Of a stretch of DNA of 64,000 bases, positions 1 through 10,243 are shown piece after piece. Positions within the stretch are counted from its first letter, which is position 1. Each line of letters begins with the position of its first letter. The stretch lies in IMG/VR virus record IMGVR_UViG_3300025759_000001. One strand, given 5' to 3'. The notes beneath the pieces were generated by a model. It did not search any database. It saw only the letters and a program-made list of their open reading frames with translations, and was not told the DNA's origin. This stretch comes from an uncultured virus (IMG/VR IMGVR_UViG_3300025759_000001). Taxonomy: Duplodnaviria; Heunggongvirae; Uroviricota; Caudoviricetes; Crassvirales. Made by a program: the position numbers and the translations under genes.

Positions 1-1335
1 CTCCATACCTCCTTCATCTTGCACTGCGCTCTGGAAGTTTACAGTATCTTGAGGTCCTGTTGATACATAATTCTTATCCATGAAATCTTCTCTCACATCC
101 GGTACAGTGAATTCTTCTGATACTTTCTTTAATCCTAATCCAACTGGCTTCATTTCAGACTTAGTAAACTTAAGTTCCTTACCTGGTCCAAATATTGGGT
201 CAGTAATAGGATTACCAACTGGTTCTTTTGGATCTGTTAAATCACCACCAGTAGCAAATACGTTAGGATCTGCATCTTCTACACTTTTCATAAATCCACC
301 TAAAGCAAGTCTATTCGAGAATATATAGTCTCCGAACTTTACTTCACCTTCTTCAACAGTATTCATTTTACCATTGGACCCTGTTCCCATAGGAACTCCT
401 CCGTAAGGATTCTGCTCGTGTGTACCACCATTCTCTATTGGTATAATTTCTTTTTCTCCATTAAGACCAGCGAATCCACCCATTGCAAGTGTATTCATGA
501 ATCCAAGCTGATCCTCCATTGGTTTGCCAGCTAGTTCACCAGAGACAGGAGCCATCCTTTTAGGCTCATTTGGAATTAATCTAGCAATTGATTCAGCCTC
601 TTCATTTATTGGCTCATCTGTTATAGTTGGCTCAGCTGTTTCAGGTTGGACAGTGGGACCAGGTTTTTCACCCTCTTCAGAAACTTCTGGTGCTTCTTTG
701 CTTACGCCTTGACTATTCAAGTATTCTATATACTCGTCACTTCCTGCTTGAAATGTATCAGTTCTAATTATTTTACTCTCCTTAGGTTGCTTAACAGCTG
801 TCTTATCTTGTACTTTTACATTATGACCTGCCTCTTCAGGTGAAATCTTTTTAATTACATTTTTATTTCCAGGGGCTTTGGGCCCAAAAGCTTTATTAAA
901 CTTAGTAATATATTGTTGTACACTAGCATTCTTTCCAGGTACGACAAATCCTGATGGATTAGACAAGTACTTCTTTGCACCACCTTTACCTAGGAAATGA
1001 GTAAGAGCTGCAATCTCATGAAGATCCATGTCTAAATTAAACTTAGACTTTAATTCTTGCGCATATCCACTATAACTAGGGTATCCAGGTAATGTACCGT
1101 CTATGGCCATATCCATAATCTTCTCTTGAAGCTCGGGTCTATTTATAAATTCACGTATAGTTACACCCTTTAGTATAGGAGTATTTTTTATATATCTATA
1201 TAAGAAGTGATATCTACCGGCAGCAGAGCTAGTTGGATTACTTAAGTACTTTCCACCACTAGACTCCACATGAGCAATAGCACGTTTAAATGCCTCTCTA
1301 TCAAATCCTTTATCTTTATCTTTCTTGTCTGACAT
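1..1335 (-). CDS. Virion cargo/ejection protein (crAss cargo-protein-1-like) with N-terminal lysozyme/transglycosylase-like domain; runs off the window edge
   Basis: Not in the ORF track; translated by hand from ATG at 1335 (overlaps the upstream TAA). MSDKKDKDKGFDREAFKRAIAHVESSGG...SSAAGRYHFL...AALTHFLGKGGA is lysozyme-like. NGGTHEQNPYGGVPMG...VEEGE resembles the crAss protein downstream of the muzzle gene. AxGG motifs recur. Confidence 0.7.
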   Translation of the reverse strand, partial: MSDKKDKDKGFDREAFKRAIAHVESSGGKYLSNPTSSAAGRYHFLYRYIKNTPILKGVTIREFINRPELQEKIMDMAIDGTLPGYPSYSGYAQELKSKFNLDMDLHEIAALTHFLGKGGAKKYLSNPSGFVVPGKNASVQQYITKFNKAFGPKAPGNKNVIKKISPEEAGHNVKVQDKTAVKQPKESKIIRTDTFQAGSDEYIEYLNSQGVSKEAPEVSEEGEKPGPTVQPETAEPTITDEPINEEAESIARLIPNEPKRMAPVSGELAGKPMEDQLGFMNTLAMGGFAGLNGEKEIIPIENGGTHEQNPYGGVPMGTGSNGKMNTVEEGEVKFGDYIFSNRLALGGFMKSVEDADPNVFATGGDLTDPKEPVGNPITDPIFGPGKELKFTKSEMKPVGLGLKKVSEEFTVPDVREDFMDKNYVSTGPQDTVNFQSAVQDEGGME

Positions 1336-2018
1336 TATTTCCAGGGTTTAATAGCCTGATGCTTTATTGTGAATCTGAATCCAGATTGACTGGTTCCTAA
1401 TTGTATTGTTCTATATCCTTTCCAGAATAGATAGTTAACTTCTATGCATTGAGAGTATTTAAATGACAAATCACCTAGAACCTCATACCAAATGAATCCG
1501 GTACCTAGTATAGATGTTTCAATTGAGATCTCATCTCCTTGATTAACTTGCCACTTGTCTTGATTAGGGTCTATTGGGATGTATTTCAATCCTGCAATAG
1601 ATTCCCACTTACCATCTTGTGGTATCCAATTATCATTATAAGTATATAACTCGTCTATTATGGTCTCAATTATAATTATATTATTGTTTCCGTCCGTTTT
1701 AAAAGGAAGCATAGTTGGTTTAAGTAGACTTTTTAAGTTCCAAACAGAATTTCTTAAGTGCCATTTGTAAGCAATTAGAAAGGTTTCTTCATCTTCTGAC
1801 CCATTAAGAATTAAATACGATGAGTAATCAGGCATGAAACCATTATATGTTCCATCATTAAATCTTGAGTCATCCATCCATATCCAGAAAGGTGACTTCT
1901 TACCGTACCCCTTGAATAACCAGGCTATTGGGAACATTAACCACTCAGTTAATAAGCCTAATGCTCCAGAAAAAAAGAACCCAACAAACCAATTTATACA
2001 CGCTTTAATCTTTCTCAT
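1335..2018 (-). CDS. Hypothetical membrane-anchored protein
   Basis: Track ORF 1335..2054; likelier start MRKIKAC at 2018, directly after a TATATTTG element. N-terminal hydrophobic helix, Trp-rich. Confidence 0.6.
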   Translation of the reverse strand: MRKIKACINWFVGFFFSGALGLLTEWLMFPIAWLFKGYGKKSPFWIWMDDSRFNDGTYNGFMPDYSSYLILNGSEDEETFLIAYKWHLRNSVWNLKSLLKPTMLPFKTDGNNNIIIIETIIDELYTYNDNWIPQDGKWESIAGLKYIPIDPNQDKWQVNQGDEISIETSILGTGFIWYEVLGDLSFKYSQCIEVNYLFWKGYRTIQLGTSQSGFRFTIKHQAIKPWK

Positions 2019-2073
2019 AGTTACAAATATATTAAAAACAACACCTAATTCCAATATTGACTATCACACAAAG

Positions 2074-5000
2074 TTAATACTCTGTGTAATGAATAGTCAT
2101 GTCATGCAAGACCATACTGTTGCCTGAGGTGTTATCAAATGTAAATTCAATAAAACTCCAAGGGTTTCTTATTCTATCTCTTGATCCAGCATTTCTTGGC
2201 AAGTTAACCTTCCAAGATCTGAATTTCTTAAACATGTTGTCTCTAAGAGCAAGTGCTATTTCACCACTATCCTGATAGTCATTGTACACTCTTACTTTAG
2301 TAAGGCCAGTATTAGGTTGGTCAGATCCAGCACTATTAATCATTTCCATCTTATAAGAAGCATTATTAAACACAACGTCTCTTTCTCCTTGTGGAGAAAC
2401 ATTAAATTCTATTGTAGAAGGATAATGTACACCATAAAAGTGATTCTTAGAGCCTTGGAAGTGCTCCCATATTTGTGTATTAGCAGGATTTGATGTAATC
2501 ATTCGAGCCCCCTTATTTATATACCAGGCTGGAATATAATCATAATAGCTTACAAAACTGCCAGTAGCTTCGTTGTATGCTATTGTAAAGCTTCCTGTTG
2601 ACATTTTCATAGAAAAGTAAACATCATTATTTACACTATTGTATCCTGTTGCAACTCCAAAAGAGTTTACAGCATTGTCTAACACAAGGTCATTGTATAT
2701 CATTGAGTTGTTGAACTCAGCATGAAACCCTTCTTGATCAGATAAGCCTTTAATTTGTCCATTAAACTGTATGATCCCTTTATTAAGGATATCTATGTAA
2801 TAGAATCCTGTTTGTGTAGCAACTACGCCCCATTTATTTAAACATCCGGATTTAGTTGTTACATATTGATAATCATGAAGTATACCACCAACACCAAGCT
2901 CTATCGCAACTCCATCAGCTCCTGAGGTTTGAACTCTAGGGTTTACTGATATATGCGCAACACCTGAATCCTGTAAACAATATATCTCATCATTTGCATT
3001 TACTACGGCGTTTATTGGGCCATATTGACCATCTAGGTCCATAGTTTCATTTTGTAAGAAATCTGTCCAAGAATCTACACTCTCTCCAGGTATTTTTTCT
3101 TTTGACGCCATTAGTCTTGTGTCAAACTCCTGTATCTTTTTAGATTTAAATCCAGTCTCTGAACTCTTAACTAATGAAGGTTGCTGAGAATAAACTCTGT
3201 TATAGCTTTGATACTCTTCGTATCTAGGCTGGTATCTGTTATCCCATTCTGAAAGAGATAAATCATTTCTATTTCTTAAATCTATACTAGATTCTAATTT
3301 AACTGACACTATTTCACATACTCTATTGTAAGCTTGTGATGTCTCTTCAGTATCTTGCTTAGCTATTTTTGTAAATGTAAACGTGTTAACAAAGGTATCT
3401 CCAGGAGATTGAATTAATATAGAATCAGTGGCTATTGGCGTGTAAGTGCCAATACCAATATACGAACTAATAGATTTAGCTTCAAATGTCATACCTCCAT
3501 ATATAGATCCTATATATATTGTATTGTTATCTTTAGCGAATTCAGCCACAAGTATACCATTTGTTTCTGCTATACCTGATGCAGAATGCATGTCTTCAAT
3601 TGGAGTTCTATTTTCTAAATCATATGTATTATCATCAGGACCTTCCATGAATGTAACGCATTTAGCTCCTTCTGATGTAATACCTAATATTTGAATTGCA
3701 TTATCACCACCATTATCTTTAGCGTTATCACTATCTCTAAAATCATCAATTAAATGACTCTTAAGATGATTAGAATACCTTATGTTTGTATCACCATTAT
3801 ATGTAGTAAAGTCTGACCCTTTCTCTGTTACTTCTGGAGTTCCATATAGTTCATATCTACGAGTACCAGTTGCTACACTAAAATCTCCTTTAAACTGCCT
3901 GTACATCTGATGTGTTGCTACATTATGATCGTCATTGGTTGGACCAAAAAATGCCTTATCACTAAGGTATCCAGCATTGCCTTTTATTGTGTTAATTGTA
4001 ACGCCAGGTGAATCGGATGTGAATCCATTTATAAATTTAGCTTCTTGACCATGTACACCACTAGTTGGATTAGTTTCTGTTGACCAATTAGCTGAATAAT
4101 CTTCTTCCATTAGTCCTACAATCTCTAATTCATAAGAAGAGTCAATGCTAATGTCAGTAAATAATATTTCAGGAGAAAACATCTGAAGCAGTCTATTGTG
4201 CTGGAATGTTTGCGCACGCCAATCACTTGAGGCTGCGCCTTTAAATCCTTCTCTATCTCTACCTCTTCCTAAGTCACTAAAAGTAGAATCATTACTATCC
4301 TTCCAAGCTGTCTCATGATAATCTTTACATTTAACAAAAGGAACATTAGTTTGAAAAGTTCTAATAACACTAGGCATTTTATCTGTCTCTGAAGTATTTA
4401 CATCAGTTTTTCTTTCAGAACGATTTGTATGCTTAGTAGTGTGCTGAATATTAGCAACCATTGGGTTTATAATACCTTGAGTAAGTATTGTTTTATCAGT
4501 AATAGTTCTATCAGCCCTTAATACTTTATATCCAGTAGGTATATCGTCCGGAGTATCAAAATTAGATGAAGTATTTAGCCAAACATAGAAGTCAGCTTTT
4601 AAAGTTACTCTAAGCTTATTGTAATTTCCTGATAGATTTCCATCAGGTATTTTAAGATCACACATCCAACTAGGCTCACTCTTTTGGCCACGTCTATTGT
4701 ATAATTGAATTCCTATTCTATATATCTCTCTATCTTTTAAGAATTGCTTATCAAGCGCCTCTGAATCAGTTAAAGTAGATTGATCAACTTCAACTTTAAA
4801 GTACTTTCCTTCTGCGCCTAATGTAGTTCCATCAGATTGATACTTGTAATCATCATAGTCCCTATTAATAGAATCATGTCTTTCTCGAACTAATGTATAA
4901 TCAATAGAAGGTCCATTTATTGGAAGTATATTTCCACTAAGATTATTAGATGTATTTAAGTATATATTTTCCCATACAGACATGTGACCAAATGAATTAT

Positions 5001-6153
5001 GACCATAACATCTTGTGTCAAGTTCAAAATCAAATGTATTTTCTTTAATGTTTATTGGGTATAATCTATTATCTTTAGTAGCTATGTGTTTTGGTATAAT
5101 AGGATCTGATCCTAAAAACACGAATGCAGCTAACGAAATACTTGATACCCGTGAACCATCATCATAATATGTGAAGGTTGAGAAATTATCTATTTCCTTG
5201 TCCGCAATAAGCGAAGCCTCAGGCTCTTCATTATAAGAAGTGTATTTAATAGCGTATATTCTAATATGTGTGAATGTCTGGTCAATGTCCGGCACATTTA
5301 CAATCACTGCTCTACCAACATTCTCGTTAACATCACCACCCCCAAGTCCAATACCCTTGTCAAGAGACACTAATTCAGACAATGGAGATATAGTAGTCTG
5401 TGATCCATTTAAAATATATAATCCATACGCGTATTGAACCATTCCAGCAGTGTGACCACCACCAGATACTACAGAATCAACAACGGCTTGAGATAAGTCA
5501 AATGTAGATACTGTATCAATTGCAGTAGACGGCACATCTATTAAATTTTTAGAGTCACCAACAGCTATACTTTGACGTATATTCATTGTTCTTAATTGAT
5601 TCTTACCATCTACAAAGTATATTTTTTGTATGATTGAATTCTCGTAGTTATACTCTACCTGAACTAGGTTTGTCTTATTAAGACCTAGGTCATTCATGTA
5701 AAGCAACTCTAAGTCAAACAATCCAGAGTTTACATTAGTTAACTCCCAGAAGCAATCAAAGCCAGAGCTATCAGTTGTTACAATGATAGCTGAATCTCTT
5801 AATTCTTTTACTCCTATGATCACTTGTGTGCCAGAAGTTTCTACCGGTCCTGCGGCGCCATAGAAATTAGCCTCTAAATCACAACGTGGTATAACAGAGG
5901 TGTTAGTTTTGTAAGCTAAACTCTTAGCAGTTGTTCCAACAGTATAATCAATACTAGTATCCGTAATATTGAACACTGGAGTAGGAATAGCAAAGACCTG
6001 AGAATTCCCATGCTCATTCGTTACAGAGAAAGAACTTTGTTGATCAGTAGCTAGTATTCTTATGTTTTTAGCATCAAAGTATTTGTCAGATTGCTTGCTT
6101 TTAGCAAGATCCTTTGACATTCCTTTGTAGCCAAGTAGTTGTTGTTTAATCAT
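2074..6153 (-). CDS. Tail muzzle / tail stabilization protein (P22 gp10-like, crAss family)
   Basis: 1359 aa; N-terminal GMSKDLAKSKQSDKYFDAKNIRI, C-terminal RDRIRNPW; follows the tail tubular/ring gene as in crAss-like phages. Confidence 0.85.
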   Translation of the reverse strand: MIKQQLLGYKGMSKDLAKSKQSDKYFDAKNIRILATDQQSSFSVTNEHGNSQVFAIPTPVFNITDTSIDYTVGTTAKSLAYKTNTSVIPRCDLEANFYGAAGPVETSGTQVIIGVKELRDSAIIVTTDSSGFDCFWELTNVNSGLFDLELLYMNDLGLNKTNLVQVEYNYENSIIQKIYFVDGKNQLRTMNIRQSIAVGDSKNLIDVPSTAIDTVSTFDLSQAVVDSVVSGGGHTAGMVQYAYGLYILNGSQTTISPLSELVSLDKGIGLGGGDVNENVGRAVIVNVPDIDQTFTHIRIYAIKYTSYNEEPEASLIADKEIDNFSTFTYYDDGSRVSSISLAAFVFLGSDPIIPKHIATKDNRLYPINIKENTFDFELDTRCYGHNSFGHMSVWENIYLNTSNNLSGNILPINGPSIDYTLVRERHDSINRDYDDYKYQSDGTTLGAEGKYFKVEVDQSTLTDSEALDKQFLKDREIYRIGIQLYNRRGQKSEPSWMCDLKIPDGNLSGNYNKLRVTLKADFYVWLNTSSNFDTPDDIPTGYKVLRADRTITDKTILTQGIINPMVANIQHTTKHTNRSERKTDVNTSETDKMPSVIRTFQTNVPFVKCKDYHETAWKDSNDSTFSDLGRGRDREGFKGAASSDWRAQTFQHNRLLQMFSPEILFTDISIDSSYELEIVGLMEEDYSANWSTETNPTSGVHGQEAKFINGFTSDSPGVTINTIKGNAGYLSDKAFFGPTNDDHNVATHQMYRQFKGDFSVATGTRRYELYGTPEVTEKGSDFTTYNGDTNIRYSNHLKSHLIDDFRDSDNAKDNGGDNAIQILGITSEGAKCVTFMEGPDDNTYDLENRTPIEDMHSASGIAETNGILVAEFAKDNNTIYIGSIYGGMTFEAKSISSYIGIGTYTPIATDSILIQSPGDTFVNTFTFTKIAKQDTEETSQAYNRVCEIVSVKLESSIDLRNRNDLSLSEWDNRYQPRYEEYQSYNRVYSQQPSLVKSSETGFKSKKIQEFDTRLMASKEKIPGESVDSWTDFLQNETMDLDGQYGPINAVVNANDEIYCLQDSGVAHISVNPRVQTSGADGVAIELGVGGILHDYQYVTTKSGCLNKWGVVATQTGFYYIDILNKGIIQFNGQIKGLSDQEGFHAEFNNSMIYNDLVLDNAVNSFGVATGYNSVNNDVYFSMKMSTGSFTIAYNEATGSFVSYYDYIPAWYINKGARMITSNPANTQIWEHFQGSKNHFYGVHYPSTIEFNVSPQGERDVVFNNASYKMEMINSAGSDQPNTGLTKVRVYNDYQDSGEIALALRDNMFKKFRSWKVNLPRNAGSRDRIRNPWSFIEFTFDNTSGNSMVLHDMTIHYTEY

Positions 6154-6156
6154 GTC

Positions 6157-6876
6157 TTAGTGTATACGTAAGTGTTCTTGTGCACCTAAAAATGCAAATC
6201 TATCTTGAAATTGAGTTCTTGATGGTATTAGCTGAGTGATCTGATTAACTATTGTTTCCATCTCATCATCAGAAGGTAGTTTCAAATTAGTATCAGCTTG
6301 CGCAACATTAGCTAAATAGTCTACTTCAGCTTTGTTTAGTTTTCTATCAGAGATTTGTTCCATGTCATTAAGGATGTCAAACCATCTATATTTTATATAA
6401 CTTTCAATACACCTAAGTAACACTGCATTATCTAGAACCAAAGGGTAGCATTCCTCATCCATTGCTATGGCCTTATAAACTATTACAGCTGTACCAGTCT
6501 CAAAGTTAGCGAATATCTTACTATTGTTCATTGTGTATGTTTGACCACCATTAGTTCCTGATGTTGCATCATTATATGAATCATAGTGGTTGTGTAGTGT
6601 GTCAGTTCCAGTCCTTAATGGGATAAGATCACTAGTATCAGTATCTTGTCTATACACTGCTTCTACCTTCATTATATCAATAGGAAGAGTTCCTTTGAAA
6701 TTTGATATCTCAACAGCTTCTTGCTTAGAGATAAATAGAGCAGGAGTTTCTAGTATGCGCATTACTTCAATAGCATTGTCAACAATGAATTCCCAGCTTA
6801 AGTCTTTTAAGACAGGATTTCTCATTAGCCTATCAGCTATCATTTTAATACTTACTAATCTTCCGGTGTTTGCCAT
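6157..6876 (-). CDS. Tail tubular / ring protein (crAss family)
   Basis: 239 aa between IHF-like gene and muzzle; YKAIAMDEECYPLV motif; conserved crAss gene order. Confidence 0.75.
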   Translation of the reverse strand: MANTGRLVSIKMIADRLMRNPVLKDLSWEFIVDNAIEVMRILETPALFISKQEAVEISNFKGTLPIDIMKVEAVYRQDTDTSDLIPLRTGTDTLHNHYDSYNDATSGTNGGQTYTMNNSKIFANFETGTAVIVYKAIAMDEECYPLVLDNAVLLRCIESYIKYRWFDILNDMEQISDRKLNKAEVDYLANVAQADTNLKLPSDDEMETIVNQITQLIPSRTQFQDRFAFLGAQEHLRIH

Positions 6877-6882
6877 TGTGTG

Positions 6883-7392
6883 TTATTTTAAGAATGCATC
6901 AATACGACCTTGGAATATAGACTTAGAGAGATCCCTCTTCATAGTTCTATTAAACCTCATCTTATATACGCTTTTGTTTTTATATATTGCTTTAGATCTT
7001 AAGTACACTATTCTGAACATATGCCCATCAGTGTGCTCGTTGGTAAATTTAATCTTTATTCTTTTTTCTCTTGCCTTAGGATTGTCAGCCCAGAGTTTTC
7101 TTGTTTCTTTCCAGTTAGTTGGTAAGTGGTTGATTATAGATCCATCTTCATCTATTTTAACCTCAGTCTTTACCTTCCGCAGTTCTATTTTTCCTAATCC
7201 AGAAGGTATAATACATCCAGCTCCTTTATGTGACAACCTATCTCTAGTGTGCTCATTGAACTCTCTTATGATTTGACCATAAACAAGTCTAGATACATTT
7301 GTTCTATACTTTTTTTTATAGTATCTATAATAGTCATTTGTGCCGTAATCAGCTTTAACTATATGACTCCTATTGTCCTTTTCTTTCGCCAT
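6883..7392 (-). CDS. IHF/HU-like DNA-binding protein (crAss tail-module IHF)
   Basis: Basic protein with IPSGLGKIELRK and NWKETRKLW; likely start MAKEK at 7392 (track start 7449). Confidence 0.7.
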   Translation of the reverse strand: MAKEKDNRSHIVKADYGTNDYYRYYKKKYRTNVSRLVYGQIIREFNEHTRDRLSHKGAGCIIPSGLGKIELRKVKTEVKIDEDGSIINHLPTNWKETRKLWADNPKAREKRIKIKFTNEHTDGHMFRIVYLRSKAIYKNKSVYKMRFNRTMKRDLSKSIFQGRIDAFLK

Positions 7393-8050
7393 CTGCATCA
7401 TTAGTACTATCATCAGGAATATTAAATGTTCTTGACAAATCTTGTACAACTATTTTAACCAGATCATCTACCATGGATAGTTCAACTGGATACTCTCTTT
7501 CCCATACTTCACAATCCTCATCTGCTGCACCACATTCTAATAGAGCGGCATTACCAGGCTTCTCAAAGATATCAGCTATCTTAATTTCAGTCATAAGATT
7601 TAGCTTATCTGACCCTGATACTAAATAGAAGTTATTATCATAGTCAATTGTACCATATATCATAGAGGCAGTGAATTGATTGTTTCCAATAAAAGGTATT
7701 CTCTCTAATGGAATGATATTAACATGTATTGCTGAGCTATCATATTTTCTAACAGTTAGTGGGCCTTCTTTTCCTTTAATCTTAATACTTGGAGGTAAAG
7801 ATACAGTTGTTCTTACTATTCTTCCAAAGCATGGCATGTCTGCTACCTTAGAAACAACCTCTAGGCTTAAGCAAAGCTCTTGTTTAGTCTCTATCGGCAT
7901 AGCCCAGGGCTTAGCATCAAATCTTTGCTTGAGTAGCATTGCGCGCTTGCTATCAATCAAGAAGCTAACAAACTCTTCTGTGATATCCATATCATCAGAG
8001 TTAACTTTTAGTTTCTCAAAGACTGTGTATATTAATTCTTTCTTAGTCAT
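7370..8050 (-). CDS. Tail ring protein (crAss family)
   Basis: 226 aa; position upstream of the IHF-like gene; RAMLLKQ, QELCLSLE and EYPVE motifs. Confidence 0.65.
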   Translation of the reverse strand: MTKKELIYTVFEKLKVNSDDMDITEEFVSFLIDSKRAMLLKQRFDAKPWAMPIETKQELCLSLEVVSKVADMPCFGRIVRTTVSLPPSIKIKGKEGPLTVRKYDSSAIHVNIIPLERIPFIGNNQFTASMIYGTIDYDNNFYLVSGSDKLNLMTEIKIADIFEKPGNAALLECGAADEDCEVWEREYPVELSMVDDLVKIVVQDLSRTFNIPDDSTNDADGERKGQ

Positions 8051-8357
8051 TCTTGTATGTGTTTCTTATTTGACTTAATAATTTGTCTCCTTCTTCGTCA
8101 TAATGAAATCTAACTATTATACCATTTGGTGCTAAGAATTCATTATCCTTCATAAGGATCCAGTGTGTATTGTTTTTTACCAAAAATTCAATTGAGTCTT
8201 CTATGGCTTCTTTTCTAGTAAATATGACTTCAATAATTCTATTTACCAATATTCCTTCTGCGCATTCGTACATCCAGTCTTCTAACCACAAAAGCCTCTC
8301 AGTGTTTGAGAGGCTATATGGTAGTGTTATTGAGCCAATTATGATATGTTCATTCAT
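8043..8357 (-). CDS. Hypothetical protein
   Basis: 104-aa ORF tightly packed between its neighbours. Confidence 0.55.
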   Translation of the reverse strand: MNEHIIIGSITLPYSLSNTERLLWLEDWMYECAEGILVNRIIEVIFTRKEAIEDSIEFLVKNNTHWILMKDNEFLAPNGIIVRFHYDEEGDKLLSQIRNTYKND

Positions 8358-8362
8358 TGTTT

Positions 8363-9367
8363 CTACTTCATTTTCATAGGTAATGGAATTGGCATTGTAC
8401 CTTTATCAAGAACTACTCCACATCCAATAATGGGCTTTTTGTAATTCCTTCCGTAAGCCATTGCATAGGCTTCTCTGTCTACTCCACATCCTACTTGCAT
8501 TCCAAATATCAAGAAGTTCATGCCTGCTATAAACTCAACATAAAATTGAGAGTGCAAGTGTCCTTGTACTTGTGACTGCAATTCATTTTTTATTCTTGTT
8601 CTTGCAGTTCCGCCTTCACCGTGATTAAAGTTTATATTAAACAATTCAATGTTCTCTACAAAATCCCAACCTGGCGTATTAAGAACATCACTATATGCTC
8701 TTACCCATTTTCTAGATAGACCTGCAGTTGTAGCTTTTCTATAAGCCATTCTATCATGGTTGCCTATTATAACAGTAGCTTTTGGAAAGATAGCATGCCA
8801 ATCAGATATTCTATCAATTGCTCTATCAAGCTCCTCACCAGCCGCATAGCCATCTGGATCTTGCTCATGATAACTGGAATAGTGATTATCAATCACATCT
8901 CCTATAAAGATTACTGTTCCGCAATCGTATTTTTCTTGTTGCTCTCTACAAAAGAACAAATATTCATCTAAACAAAATGGCTCATGTAAGTCACCTATAA
9001 TTAGAATATTATCTATATTACCTTTCTTATAAGGTTTTAGTCTTGAAATGTCTCTACTTGAGTATGCATTTCCAGGTTTAATTTGTTGTGGTTCACTGTC
9101 CACTACTTTCATTCCTAATTTACTCGCCATCTCTTGCAGTTGTCTTTTCATATCACTGTCTGAGGATGTGCTTTTAGCTACTTTAACCATGGCCTTTACT
9201 CCGCGTCTTTTAAGCTGTTTTTTTACGCTCTTTATATCATTAAGCTTAAATAAGTTGAAGCCTCCGTATTCAGCATCTAAAGCGTCTGCAATCCTTTGAT
9301 TACCACATTTTAAATAACCTTGTCTTCTCCCTAAAAATTCTTTAATTTTACTGATGTTTGAACTCAT
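8363..9367 (-). CDS. Calcineurin-like metallophosphoesterase with basic N-terminal extension
   Basis: Motifs GDLHEP, GDVID, GNHD, NHGEG, GHLH. Confidence 0.85.
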   Translation of the reverse strand: MSSNISKIKEFLGRRQGYLKCGNQRIADALDAEYGGFNLFKLNDIKSVKKQLKRRGVKAMVKVAKSTSSDSDMKRQLQEMASKLGMKVVDSEPQQIKPGNAYSSRDISRLKPYKKGNIDNILIIGDLHEPFCLDEYLFFCREQQEKYDCGTVIFIGDVIDNHYSSYHEQDPDGYAAGEELDRAIDRISDWHAIFPKATVIIGNHDRMAYRKATTAGLSRKWVRAYSDVLNTPGWDFVENIELFNINFNHGEGGTARTRIKNELQSQVQGHLHSQFYVEFIAGMNFLIFGMQVGCGVDREAYAMAYGRNYKKPIIGCGVVLDKGTMPIPLPMKMK

Positions 9368-9452
9368 ATAAAAATATATTGTTTTTGTAAATATACGATT
9401 TTATATTATACAAGTCAAGTTTTTATATCATTATCTTCTGATATACATTTCA

Positions 9453-10199
9453 TTAACTAGTAAAACCTTCCGACCCAACATCCGATACTGCAAAGTCAAA
9501 GGTAAGTGATTGTACAGTTTTGATTGAAACATCTGGAACATACGTAAGAAGTCCAGCATCAATTTCTGCAACAGTTACTTCTTGATTTACAATAACATTA
9601 GTTCCATTAAATTTTAATGTTCCATTTGCAGGAAGAGTAAGTATTTTTACCTTATAAGGTGCATCTCCTTCTGGATCAACATACGCTGGTGTAGTTTCTG
9701 TTGTAAAGTTAGCTGATGTAAACGTGTAAAACTCACCATTTGTTAAGTTTATGATATTGTCCCCAACATCACTAGGAGGTAAATTAATTTCAGATGTCAC
9801 GGCGAAAGTTACAATACCATCAGTTATGACTCCATAAGTTTCAGATCCATCATCAGCTATATTGAATGTCATATCTGAATCAGAATATCCAGCAGTCTCA
9901 GCAACAGCAATATCGTAAGTAAGATTACCCGCTGTTATATCCGCTAAAGTTATCTCATCATTAACATTAACAGCAACAGCACTTAGTTCTAATGACCCTA
10001 AGGTAGGAAGAGCAGTAATTTTAACTGTAAATACATCATCTCCCTCTGGGTCAGAATAAACAGGAACTGTCTCTGTCGTGAAATTAGCTGGAGTAAACAC
10101 ATGTGTGCCCACTGCAAAAACTATATTAATTGTAATATCACCCACCTCGGTTGGAGGCAGGTTGATAGAGCTAACATTTGTTACATTAAATTTTGCCAT
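9453..10199 (-). CDS. Structural protein with two cadherin/Ig-like repeats
   Basis: Two internal repeats NLPPxxVGD...FTxANFTTETxPxYxDPEGD...VKIxxLP. Confidence 0.7.
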   Translation of the reverse strand: MAKFNVTNVSSINLPPTEVGDITINIVFAVGTHVFTPANFTTETVPVYSDPEGDDVFTVKITALPTLGSLELSAVAVNVNDEITLADITAGNLTYDIAVAETAGYSDSDMTFNIADDGSETYGVITDGIVTFAVTSEINLPPSDVGDNIINLTNGEFYTFTSANFTTETTPAYVDPEGDAPYKVKILTLPANGTLKFNGTNVIVNQEVTVAEIDAGLLTYVPDVSIKTVQSLTFDFAVSDVGSEGFTS

Positions 10200-10243
10200 G
10201 TATTAAGGCTTAGTGCCTGTATTTGTTATTGTGAATATTGCCA

